DNA of 57,093 nt, taken from contig CAUJEC010000055.1 of the NCBI GenBank assembly GCA_963169245.1, positions 1 through 57,093 of the forward strand, written 5' to 3'. The notes under the pieces were generated by a model, which was given only the letters and a program-made list of their open reading frames with translations, was not told the origin of the DNA and did not search any database. This DNA comes from Actinomycetota bacterium. Lineage in GTDB: Bacteria; Actinomycetota; Acidimicrobiia; Acidimicrobiales; Microtrichaceae. Made by a program: the position numbers and the translations under genes. Each line of letters opens with the position of its first letter. Positions within the stretch are counted from its first letter, which is position 1. Below are positions 17,855-25,929 of the stretch, one piece after another.

Positions 17855-19229
17855 TTCGCATCAGCCCGTCTCTAAGGCTGATCACATAGACCTCGCCGTC
17901 CGAGCCGGTCGCGAACCCTGCGACCTGATCGGTGCTGATGCCCAGATCGGTTGAGGTCAGTGACCCGCCATCGGCGACATCGCCGTTATCGGGGCCGCTC
18001 AGCGACCGCATAGTGCCGTCGCAGTAGTCGCTGTAGAGGTAGTGACCGACGAGTCCGCCGATCTTGTCGCCGCGGTAGACGACGCCGCCGGTGACCGAAC
18101 ACCCGGGGTCATGGCGATAGACGAAGACAGGTTTGACCAGGTCGTCGCTGTCAACATCTGGCGACGATCCGCCGGAACCCTCGAAGGGTTCGAGTCCCTC
18201 ATAGAGGCTCCAACCGAAGTTGGCTCCCCTGCCCCAGTCATCGGCCTTCGCGACACGGTTGATCTCCTCGAAGGTGTCCTGACCGACATCGGCAATCCAC
18301 AGGTCTCCACTGGTTGGATCAAAGGAGAACCCCCACGGGTTACGCAGCCCGATGGACCAGATCTCGTGGGCAGTTCCAGCTGTCCGTTCGAAGGGGTTGT
18401 CGTCGGGGACGACGTCGGAGCGGTCTGTGGCGTCGGGGTTGAGGCGCAGCATCTTGCCGAGCAGTGTCGAGGTGTTCTGCCCGTTGCCGTGCGGGTCGCC
18501 GGCCGCCCCGCCGTCGCCCAGGCCCATGTAGAGCATGCCGTCGGGACCCAACTCGATGTGCCCACCGTTGTGATTGGCGTAGGGCTGTCTGACCTCCAAC
18601 AGCACCACTCCGGAGTCCTGCTCCACCTTGAGCGTGCCGACGTCGGAGGATGAGCTTCCGGTCCAGCTGGCCCCGTAGGACTTGAGTCGGGTGTTGCCGT
18701 CGCGGTTCGTGTAGCTCAGCAGTAGGCGGTCAGCCGACGGGTTGAACGCAATGCCTAGCAGTCCACGTTCGGCATCGGTGGAGGTGTCAACGCTGATGTC
18801 GATGACCGGGTCGGACAATTTCGGGGTGGAGCCGCTCAGATCGAGAACTCGGACGGTCCCGCCTCGTTCGGCCACGACCAGACCGTTGCCCTTGGGTGTC
18901 TGCACGGCTGCTATGGGCGATTCCAGACCGACGTCGATGCGGTCGAGTCTCAGCTTGAGGGGGCCGTTGACTCTCCCGTCGGCACTCGAGTCAGTGGTGT
19001 CGGTTGACCCTCGATCGGTGCCGGTGCCCTTCGGTTCGGTGGTGCTGTTGTTGCCGCTTGAGCATCCGAGCGTGATGGCTGTGACGGTTGTGAGTACAGC
19101 AATCATCGCTCGCGGTGTGTTCCGTCGGCCGCTGCGGGAGCGAGCGTGCGCCGGTAGGGGTGACTGTCGCTCTGATTGGGGTCTGGGCGTGCGAGTTCGG
19201 CTGGCGTCGGCTGCGGTGGAGGAGCGCAT
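17838..19229 (-). CDS. PQQ-dependent sugar (glucose/sorbosone) dehydrogenase family lipoprotein
   Basis: PYANHNGGHIELGPDGMLYMGLGDGG and a lipobox LGCSSG. The start could be the ATG at 19106 (MIAVLTT) or upstream, with an RR-containing signal. The 3' end overlaps convergent plsC by 17 nt. Confidence 0.82.
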   Translation of the reverse strand: MRSSTAADASRTRTPRPQSERQSPLPAHARSRSGRRNTPRAMIAVLTTVTAITLGCSSGNNSTTEPKGTGTDRGSTDTTDSSADGRVNGPLKLRLDRIDVGLESPIAAVQTPKGNGLVVAERGGTVRVLDLSGSTPKLSDPVIDISVDTSTDAERGLLGIAFNPSADRLLLSYTNRDGNTRLKSYGASWTGSSSSDVGTLKVEQDSGVVLLEVRQPYANHNGGHIELGPDGMLYMGLGDGGAAGDPHGNGQNTSTLLGKMLRLNPDATDRSDVVPDDNPFERTAGTAHEIWSIGLRNPWGFSFDPTSGDLWIADVGQDTFEEINRVAKADDWGRGANFGWSLYEGLEPFEGSGGSSPDVDSDDLVKPVFVYRHDPGCSVTGGVVYRGDKIGGLVGHYLYSDYCDGTMRSLSGPDNGDVADGGSLTSTDLGISTDQVAGFATGSDGEVYVISLRDGLMRISEGQ

Positions 19230-19383
19230 ATCCCTGTACTAGCCGCTCGGCGGTTCGGTGGGCGACCGCGCCGCCGGGATCCGTCTGCCGGCGGCTGAAT
19301 TTCGCATGAGTGTTCGAGGTGTTGATCGACCCTCTTCGGACACCTGGTGGGCATTTCATCGTTCAGGTGTACTTTAATAAGGT

Positions 19384-20862
19384 ATGGTTGAACATCCTGG
19401 TAACTTGAGTGTGGCGACGGTCGGGCGAGACGAAGAGTGGTCAGAAATCCTAGGGTTTGCCGACTCCGACGCGAAGCACTCAACGCTGGCGATCATGTGG
19501 GGGCGACGTCGAATCGGCAAGTCGTTCCTGCTGGGGCAACTGGCTGAGGGACGCGGGCTCTACTACGAGGCGATTCGGGGGACGGCCAGCGAAGCTCTGA
19601 ATGACCTTGGGCGCGTCGTGGGTGAGGCTATCGGAGCGCCCGGTCCGCTCAACCTCCCGGACTGGGATGCTGCCATCAACACTCTGATGCGACTGGGTGA
19701 GGACAAGCCTTTTGTCGTGGTGCTCGACGAGTTTCCGTACCTGTTGGAGGAGTCACCCGAGCTGGAATCGATCATCCAGCGGGCTTTCAACCCGAAGGGC
19801 AAGCTGCGTGCGGAAACCCGGTGCCGGATGGTGCTCTGCAGCTCCGCAATCTCGGTGATGTCAAAGCTGCTCGCAGGTACTGCACCGCTACGGGGACGAG
19901 CTGGCCTCGACTTGCGGATGAGCCCATTCGACTACCGCGACGCGCTTGGCTTGTACGCGACGGATGACCTCTTGTTGGCAACGCACGTGTACTCGATCAT
20001 CGGCGGTGTCGCGGCCTATGCCCGTGACATGGTCGACGACGATCTTCCGAAGGGCCGAAAGGATCTGGACCGCTGGGTTGCCCACCGCGTCCTGGCGCCA
20101 TCCGCTCCGCTGCCTCGGGAAGTCGAGGTGCTGCTGAGTGGGGACCCGACGACTGCACAGGCACGTAAGCCGAACCTGTACCACGCGGTGCTCGCCGCGA
20201 CTGCGTTGGGCAACCGGACACCGGCGAGGATCAACGACTACGTCAAGATCTCGGGACCACGTCTCGATCCCATCCTGACCACGTTGGTTGACGCACAGTT
20301 CATCGAGCGCCTCGTGGACCCGACGAAGAGCAATCGACCGATGTACTTCCCCGGTGATTCGATCATCCGGTTCCACTACGCGATCATTCGCCCGAACCAG
20401 CAGCGCCTCCGCACCCGTGCCGCTGCGAGCACGTTCTGGTCGGGAGTCGATGCCACGTTCCGATCGAGGGTTGTAGGCCCCACCTTCGAGGGAATGGCTC
20501 GTCACTGGGCGACCCAGTACGCGACCGTCCCCGCTCTGGCCGAACCTGGCACTCAGATCGGTTCCACCACCGTCTCGGTAGACGGGGGCTGCTACGAGGT
20601 TGACCTCGTAGCAGCCCTTGACGACGGCGACTCGCCCGGCGAACGCACCATCACAGCTCTCGGTGAAGCGAAATCCGGCGAGGAGATCACGTTCTCGCAC
20701 CTGAACAAGCTCGAGAGGCTTCGGGACGCGTTCGGTGACCGTGCCTCGGATGCCACGCTCCTGCTGTTCGGAACCAAGTTCGCGAAGAACCTCCTCAGCG
20801 GAACCAAGGATCGCAGCGACGTCGAACTGGTCGACCTCGAGCGCCTCTACAAGGGCGGTTGA
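19384..20862 (+). CDS. AAA-type ATPase with DUF234-like C-terminal domain (archaeal-ATPase family)
   Basis: Walker A WGRRRIGKSFLL and Walker B VVVLDEFPYL. The C-terminal ~120 aa resemble the DUF234 nuclease-like module (assignment from memory). The upstream region is AT-rich. Confidence 0.75.
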   Translation: MVEHPGNLSVATVGRDEEWSEILGFADSDAKHSTLAIMWGRRRIGKSFLLGQLAEGRGLYYEAIRGTASEALNDLGRVVGEAIGAPGPLNLPDWDAAINTLMRLGEDKPFVVVLDEFPYLLEESPELESIIQRAFNPKGKLRAETRCRMVLCSSAISVMSKLLAGTAPLRGRAGLDLRMSPFDYRDALGLYATDDLLLATHVYSIIGGVAAYARDMVDDDLPKGRKDLDRWVAHRVLAPSAPLPREVEVLLSGDPTTAQARKPNLYHAVLAATALGNRTPARINDYVKISGPRLDPILTTLVDAQFIERLVDPTKSNRPMYFPGDSIIRFHYAIIRPNQQRLRTRAAASTFWSGVDATFRSRVVGPTFEGMARHWATQYATVPALAEPGTQIGSTTVSVDGGCYEVDLVAALDDGDSPGERTITALGEAKSGEEITFSHLNKLERLRDAFGDRASDATLLLFGTKFAKNLLSGTKDRSDVELVDLERLYKGG

Positions 20863-21033
20863 GCGCCACCTACGCCCGTCAACGGCGTGGAAACGTCCGC
20901 TGAGCCGCCAACCGGCCGACCCTCCATTCGAGTGTGGCAGGGATGCTGTCTGGCTGAAGCTGCTCGCTAGGTCGACTCTGTGGACAGCGACTACACGTGC
21001 AGAAGCGTGGCTGATGTTCAAGTTCGCCAATTA

Positions 21034-21094
21034 TTGTACCAATATTGGTAGACTAACGAGAAAAACTCGTCTTACTGCATCGTAAATGGTACAA
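21034..21094. promoter_or_regulatory. candidate hipBA operator/promoter: 14-bp perfect palindrome plus a flanking 8-bp inverted repeat
   Basis: TACCAATATTGGTA (21037-21050). TTGTACCA (21034-21041) and TGGTACAA (21087-21094) are reverse complements. The region is AT-rich and lies just upstream of the XRE gene. Confidence 0.45.
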
Positions 21095-21098
21095 AGGG

Positions 21099-21404
21099 AT
21101 GGCTATGAATACGAGCTTGATGAGCGCGGAGGAACTGGCGGCCGAGTTGGGCGCCCGGATCCGACGCGAACGTCTTCGCCAAAACCTGTCCCAGGGCACC
21201 CTGGCGGAACGCGCCGGCGTTGGGCGCCAGACCGTGTTTCGGATGGAAAGCGGGGGTAACTCGACCCTTGCGAACTTCCTGGCGGTCCTCTCTGCGCTTC
21301 GACGTGCCGGTGACCTTGAGCCCCTGCTCGAGCCGCCGCTTGCCGAGACCCTCGACCAGTTCGTCGCCAACTCGGCGCCGACTCGCCAGCGTGGTAGTCG
21401 ATGA
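21099..21404 (+). CDS. hipB: XRE-family HTH antitoxin (HipB-like)
   Basis: HTH segment LSQGTLAERAGVGRQTVFRMESG. Its stop overlaps the hipA ATG (ATGA). Confidence 0.8.
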   Translation: MAMNTSLMSAEELAAELGARIRRERLRQNLSQGTLAERAGVGRQTVFRMESGGNSTLANFLAVLSALRRAGDLEPLLEPPLAETLDQFVANSAPTRQRGSR

Positions 21405-22669
21405 GTCCGATCGACGTCATCTACGAGGGCGAGAGCGGCCGTTGGGTCGTTGCCCGGGTCGCCCGCCGCGGCACTCAGACCTTCACCGAATATACCGACG
21501 AGCACATCGCCACCGGTGCCGACCTGTCGCCGGTGCGACATCCGCTCCACGACCGGGGTCGACGCTTCGACGGGGCCGACTCTGACCACCTCCCCGGAAT
21601 GCTCGCGGATGCGATCCCCGACTCCTGGGGGCTCAGTGTTTTGCGCCGCGACATGGGCCAACACGGCATCGAGGGGCCTGACCCCCTGCAGATGCTCACC
21701 TGGCTCGGGCGTCGCACGATGGGCGCATTGACCTTCAGGCCCGTCGAAGGCCCCGAACTCTCCGACGTCACCTTCGTCGATCTCGATCGGATTCAGAGCG
21801 AGGCGTTGAACCACCTCGCTGGACAGGACACCAGCGACCCCGCCGCCGCAGCTCTGGCGAACGTCGCCGGTGCTAGCGCGGGCGGTGCACGGCCGAAGAT
21901 CGCCGCAGCGTTCACCACCGACGGTGAACTGGTGCCCGACAGCGGTGATCTTCCGCCCGGTGCGGTCCCATGGCTCGTGAAGTTCCACAGCCCCGGAGAT
22001 AGCGAGTTCCTCTCGACCATTGAGGCCACATACCTGCAGATGGCGTCGAGAGCGGGTGTCACGGTTTGTGATCACCAACTGATCGACGCTCCATCAGGCG
22101 CCCGGTACCTCGCGGTGCGCCGCTTCGACCGCATCGCAGTACCCGACGGTCAACCGCGTCGGATCCACATGGCCACTGCAGCCGGATTGCTCGAGGCCTA
22201 CCCGGAGCGAGGCCAGCACCTCAGCTACGTCGACATCATCCGCCTCACGAGACAAGTGACCGGCGACAGCCGGGACATTACCGAGCTCGTACGGCGCGCA
22301 GTATTCAACGTGGTCGCCCACAACCGCGACGATCATGCCCGCAACACCTCCTACTTGTGGACGCCCACCGGTGAGTGGCGTCTCGCGCCCGCCTACGACC
22401 TGACGCTGTCAATGGGGCCCCGACCCGTGTTCAACGCGGCCAGCGTCGGTGAGCACTACCTGGATGTCGCCGGGAAGGGGACGGACATAACCCGCAAGGA
22501 CCTACATAGGCTCCACAGGGCGGCGGGCCTCAAGGAGGCTGAGGTCTCCGACATGATCGACGCCGCTCTCGCCGCTACCGAGCAATGGCCCGAGTTGGCC
22601 ATCGCCAACGGCGTGGACGCCGAGATCGTGTCGCGAACTGAACTCCTGCTTCCCGCTCTCGAAGCATGA
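21401..22669 (+). CDS. hipA: HipA-family serine/threonine kinase toxin
   Basis: C-terminal catalytic motif VVAHNRDDHARNTSYL...LAPAYDL, an N-terminal coupling domain, 422 aa. Confidence 0.88.
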   Translation: MSPIDVIYEGESGRWVVARVARRGTQTFTEYTDEHIATGADLSPVRHPLHDRGRRFDGADSDHLPGMLADAIPDSWGLSVLRRDMGQHGIEGPDPLQMLTWLGRRTMGALTFRPVEGPELSDVTFVDLDRIQSEALNHLAGQDTSDPAAAALANVAGASAGGARPKIAAAFTTDGELVPDSGDLPPGAVPWLVKFHSPGDSEFLSTIEATYLQMASRAGVTVCDHQLIDAPSGARYLAVRRFDRIAVPDGQPRRIHMATAAGLLEAYPERGQHLSYVDIIRLTRQVTGDSRDITELVRRAVFNVVAHNRDDHARNTSYLWTPTGEWRLAPAYDLTLSMGPRPVFNAASVGEHYLDVAGKGTDITRKDLHRLHRAAGLKEAEVSDMIDAALAATEQWPELAIANGVDAEIVSRTELLLPALEA

Positions 22670-23298
22670 ACCGAACCAGCCGCGGCCACGGTCCGATCGC
22701 CGCTCAGCCACGCGGGCTCGTGTGCTTTCACGATCTCCGGAAGCCTCCGTTAACCTCTGAGACAGTGAACCTCTCTCCTGCCGCTCTCATCGAGCACGCC
22801 AGATCCGAGGAGGGACGCAAGCAACTCCGGTACGCAGGTGTCTCGGTGGTCTTCGTTCCTCTGGGCCAGATCCTCATCCAACTCCTTGGCGCCCTCGTGT
22901 TCTTCAACCAGACCGCTGGCGGTGGCAAGGAGATCAACTGGACCGCGGCCTCAATCGCCAGCGCAGCGATCCTTACCGTCCCTAACTTCTTCGCCAACAA
23001 GTATCTGGTGTGGAAGGAGACATCGAAGGACAACATGCGTACCCAGATCGTGGTGTTCTGGGTGGCGGCGATGCTTGGCGTCACCTTCGCGACGCTTCTC
23101 ACCTACCTCGTGGACTCGATGATCGAGGGTCACGGTTGGTTCGAGAAGGTCGCCGTGTTCTTCGCACAGTTGACCGGCTTCGGGATCGTCTGGCTCGGTC
23201 GTTATGTGATCCTCGACCGCTGGATCTTCAAGGTCATCCAGGGCGAGGAACCCGATGACGACGAACTCGACATGATGCACGGCGACCTGCCGATCTGA
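22666..23298 (+). CDS. GtrA-family membrane protein
   Basis: Four predicted TM helices and the FFANKYLVWKE motif. The N-terminal ~35-50 aa are probably over-extended (alternative GTG at 22765). Confidence 0.7.
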   Translation: MNRTSRGHGPIAAQPRGLVCFHDLRKPPLTSETVNLSPAALIEHARSEEGRKQLRYAGVSVVFVPLGQILIQLLGALVFFNQTAGGGKEINWTAASIASAAILTVPNFFANKYLVWKETSKDNMRTQIVVFWVAAMLGVTFATLLTYLVDSMIEGHGWFEKVAVFFAQLTGFGIVWLGRYVILDRWIFKVIQGEEPDDDELDMMHGDLPI

Positions 23299-23303
23299 AG
23301 GAT

Positions 23304-23957
23304 TTGGACGTGTCCGACTACTCGATGAGCGACTCGGCCAGGCGCGCCGCTGAGGCTGCCCGAGGGTTCATGCCCCCTGACGAAGGTCTGGCGCTCTTCG
23401 ATGCCGCGATGACCGCAGCGAAATTGAATCCACAGAAGCCCTTCATCGAGATCGGCTCCTACTGTGGAAGGTCGTCCATCTACCTGGGCGAAGCGGCTCG
23501 TCAGAGCGATACCGTTCTCTTCGCAGTGGATCACCACCGTGGATCCGAGGAGAATCAGCCCGGCTGGGAGTGGCACGAACCGGACCTGGTCGACGAGGAC
23601 ACCGGCCGGATGGACACTCTGCCTTGGTTCCGTCGGGCTGTCTTCCACGCCGGTCTCGAACCGTGGGTGATTGCGGTTGTCGGCGACTCACCCACCTCGG
23701 GTAGGTGGCTCGATATGGACTTCGGGTTCGTCTTCATCGACGGTGGACACGGCGTCGAACCCGCGGCGCTCGACTATCGGACGTGGACCCCCAAGGTTGT
23801 TCCCGGCGGGATTCTCGCCATCCATGATGTGTTCACCGACCCTGCTCTGGGTGGCCAGGCTCCGTACGAGCAGATCTATCTGCCAGCTGTCGAGTCGGGT
23901 CGTTTCGAGCCAGTGGCAGTGACCGGGTCGCTGCGGACACTGAGACGTGTCGCCTGA
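23304..23957 (+). CDS. class I SAM-dependent methyltransferase (Methyltransf_24 / O-methyltransferase-like)
   Basis: FIEIGSYCGRSSIYLG, FVFIDGGH and GGILAIHDV motifs. The start is TTG 23304 or GTG 23310. Confidence 0.8.
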   Translation: MDVSDYSMSDSARRAAEAARGFMPPDEGLALFDAAMTAAKLNPQKPFIEIGSYCGRSSIYLGEAARQSDTVLFAVDHHRGSEENQPGWEWHEPDLVDEDTGRMDTLPWFRRAVFHAGLEPWVIAVVGDSPTSGRWLDMDFGFVFIDGGHGVEPAALDYRTWTPKVVPGGILAIHDVFTDPALGGQAPYEQIYLPAVESGRFEPVAVTGSLRTLRRVA

Positions 23958-24090
23958 GGCAGGGGTGTCGCACAGACGCGTCGCCTGAGCCGTTGGTGGG
24001 TGTCGCACAGACGTGTCGCCTGAGGCGTTGGTGGGTGTCGCCGGGCGTGTCGCCTGAGGCAGACGCGTCGCACAGGCGCGTCGCACAGAC
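23945..24090. repeat. degenerate ~35-bp tandem repeat array starting inside the 3' end/stop of the methyltransferase gene
   Basis: GTGTCGCCTGAGGC occurs at 23947, 24013 and 24047 (a variant at 23978). GTGTCGCACAGACG occurs at 23965 and 24000 (variants at 24065 and 24078). Confidence 0.8.
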
Positions 24091-24091
24091 A

Positions 24092-24141
24092 GAACTGGCA
24101 GTCACTTGTCGGCCTGTAGACCGCTTTTCGACTGCCAGTTC
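24092..24141. terminator. 12-bp perfect inverted repeat with a 26-nt loop between convergent genes
   Basis: GAACTGGCAGTC (24092-24103) pairs with GACTGCCAGTTC (24130-24141). No obvious U-tract. Confidence 0.3.
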
Positions 24142-24201
24142 GAGAGAGGTGGGGTGGGCTGAGGCACCAGTTCCTAGGGTGAGTTGAGGTGCTCGCCGGG
24201 T

Positions 24202-24702
24202 TCAGCGGTTATCGAGAGGTGATGGCGCCCGTACGCCTGTGCCGCGCTTGCGAGCGAGGTCAACCGGATCGAGGCCGGCTTCCTTGCGTTCCACGCGCAG
24301 CTTCCGGGCTCGTAGCGAGACGCCGATGATCATCAGAATGACGGTTCCACACACCAAGAAGAACAGCGAACTCTGGAGCCACCCACCGGGGTCGCCAGGG
24401 CTCTGAGGCTCCATGCCCTGGTTGGGGCGGGTGATGGACTTCCCGAACACTCGGTTGTCCTCGGGCAGCGTCGTGGTGGTGTCGCCGACCTCGGCTGCCA
24501 CTGCGGCCTCGATGTGGTCTGATGACCCAACGCCCGAGCGCCGGTCGGTTGTGGGGGCGGGGGAGGCTCCGGCCGACATCGCCACACCGGAGAGCACCAT
24601 CGATATCAGGATCAGGGCCGAGAGGATCGCGATGATGACTCTGGTCCGCTGGTTGTTGCGCCGCATCCCCTCCATCTTCCCAACTGCACGGTCCGGGTGC
24701 AC
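24202..24702 (-). CDS. hypothetical bitopic membrane protein (N-terminal signal/TM, C-terminal TM followed by a basic tail)
   Basis: Has the segments RVIIAILSALILISMVLSGVAMSAGA... and ...GWLQSSLFFLVCGTVILMIIGVSLRARKLR.... Start is ambiguous (three ATGs in the first 13 codons). Confidence 0.5.
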   Translation of the reverse strand: MHPDRAVGKMEGMRRNNQRTRVIIAILSALILISMVLSGVAMSAGASPAPTTDRRSGVGSSDHIEAAVAAEVGDTTTTLPEDNRVFGKSITRPNQGMEPQSPGDPGGWLQSSLFFLVCGTVILMIIGVSLRARKLRVERKEAGLDPVDLARKRGTGVRAPSPLDNR

Positions 24703-24876
24703 GTCTGGGAGCGATGGGCTCTCAGGTGTGGGCGAGTTATTCGCCCCGCACGATCTGTCGGACGATCTGTTCGCCCAGTGCCGGACCGTCAGGCGGATCG
24801 GTAGCGGTTCAGTACAGAACTGGTGCCGGACTGTCGGTCGAACCGAGAGCGGGTGAGCTGCGGGAGTCTGCCCCGA

Positions 24877-25929
24877 TCAGTCGAGCGCAAAGGGCAGCGG
24901 CAGCGAGTTGGGGTCAGCGAAGAGTCCTGCGGTGGCCGACTTCCCACCCAGCGCATCGGCCGCGAGGAGCACGGCTGCTGCGGTGTAGGTCGACTGCTCC
25001 CCGCCGGGGAAATGTGTCTCCTCGGGCACCACGATGCCTGTCCAGTAACGCTCGTTGTCCTCACGTAGGCGCTGGGACCAACGGAACAGCTCCATCGCTC
25101 GGTCCACCTCGCCGACCGCCAGATGTGCGATGGCGCACTCACAGGTTTCGGCAGCGGTGATCCAGGGGCGATCGGACACGCACCGGATTCCCCACTCGGC
25201 AATCGAGAATGCTTCGAACCGGTTGGACAACCGTGTTTTTCCGGCAGCGTCTCGGACGACACCGCACAGAACCGGGTAGTACCAGTCCATCGCCCAACGG
25301 TGCTTTGGAGCGAAAGCGTCGGGCTCGTCGCGGATCACCTTGAAAAGCTTCTCGATGCCGAGTTCCCAGTTGGGACGATCGTGGCCCAGTTCACGAGCGA
25401 TTGCCAGCGAACAGCGCAGGCTGTGACATATCGATGATGATCCGGTGAGCAGCGCGAACGTGAACGGTGTCGAATCAGCATGTCTTGCCCAGATGATCTC
25501 ACCCCGCGGTTGTTGCAGCGCGAGAACAAAATCAGTTGCGTCACGAACCATCGGCCAGAGCGCCTCAAGGGCGCCACGATCGCGGTAGGTGAGCCAGTGG
25601 AACCAAACGCCCGTGGCGACATAAGCGACGCAGTTGGCGTCGAGTTTGTCCTCCTCAATTCCCTCGGTCAGGTAGTACTGGTGCCAGGCGCCGTCCTCAC
25701 GCTGGATCGACTGGAGCCACTCGAAGCCCCGCTCTGCCCCGGAACGATTGTCGCCGAGCATGAGCGCCATGAGTGCCTCGGTGTGGTTCCACACATCAGC
25801 GTGACCGCCCGGGAACCACGGCACCATGCCGTTGGGCAACTGCCACTCGGCAACCGCTTGGGTCGTGGCCGTGAGTTGCTCGGCGGTTACGACATCGTCG
25901 ATGTCGACGAGCAACGGCGAGACCGTCAT
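24877..25929 (-). CDS. QW-repeat alpha/alpha-toroid protein (prenyltransferase / squalene-hopene-cyclase repeat family), 350 aa
   Basis: Canonical QW motif RGFEWLQSIQREDGAW and a second weaker one (AEWQLPNGMVPW). The ATG at 25929 overlaps the upstream stop (ATGA). The 457-aa ORF-track version is an out-of-frame over-extension into the neighbouring gene. Confidence 0.72.
   Translation of the reverse strand: MTVSPLLVDIDDVVTAEQLTATTQAVAEWQLPNGMVPWFPGGHADVWNHTEALMALMLGDNRSGAERGFEWLQSIQREDGAWHQYYLTEGIEEDKLDANCVAYVATGVWFHWLTYRDRGALEALWPMVRDATDFVLALQQPRGEIIWARHADSTPFTFALLTGSSSICHSLRCSLAIARELGHDRPNWELGIEKLFKVIRDEPDAFAPKHRWAMDWYYPVLCGVVRDAAGKTRLSNRFEAFSIAEWGIRCVSDRPWITAAETCECAIAHLAVGEVDRAMELFRWSQRLREDNERYWTGIVVPEETHFPGGEQSTYTAAAVLLAADALGGKSATAGLFADPNSLPLPFALD

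Noticed and set aside
19888-22078. Two long minus-strand ORFs (380 aa and 341 aa) opposite the ATPase and hipA genes
   Set aside because: They are antisense to genes with Walker and HipA catalytic motifs, and their products are Arg-rich with no motifs.
22666-22669. ATGA overlap suggesting the GtrA-like gene is a third component of hipBA
   Set aside because: The first ~35-50 codons of the GtrA ORF look non-native (Arg/Pro-rich, preceding the first TM). A downstream start is more likely, which would remove the overlap.
23945-24090. Possible CRISPR array
   Set aside because: The repeats are contiguous and degenerate without unique spacers of regular length, the array is under 150 bp, and no cas genes are in the window.
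19240-24100. Integrated mobile element or prophage remnant
   Set aside because: I found no integrase, transposase, tRNA target or flanking direct repeats. The AT-rich patches are short and look like promoters. It is kept only as a possible accessory/defence patch.
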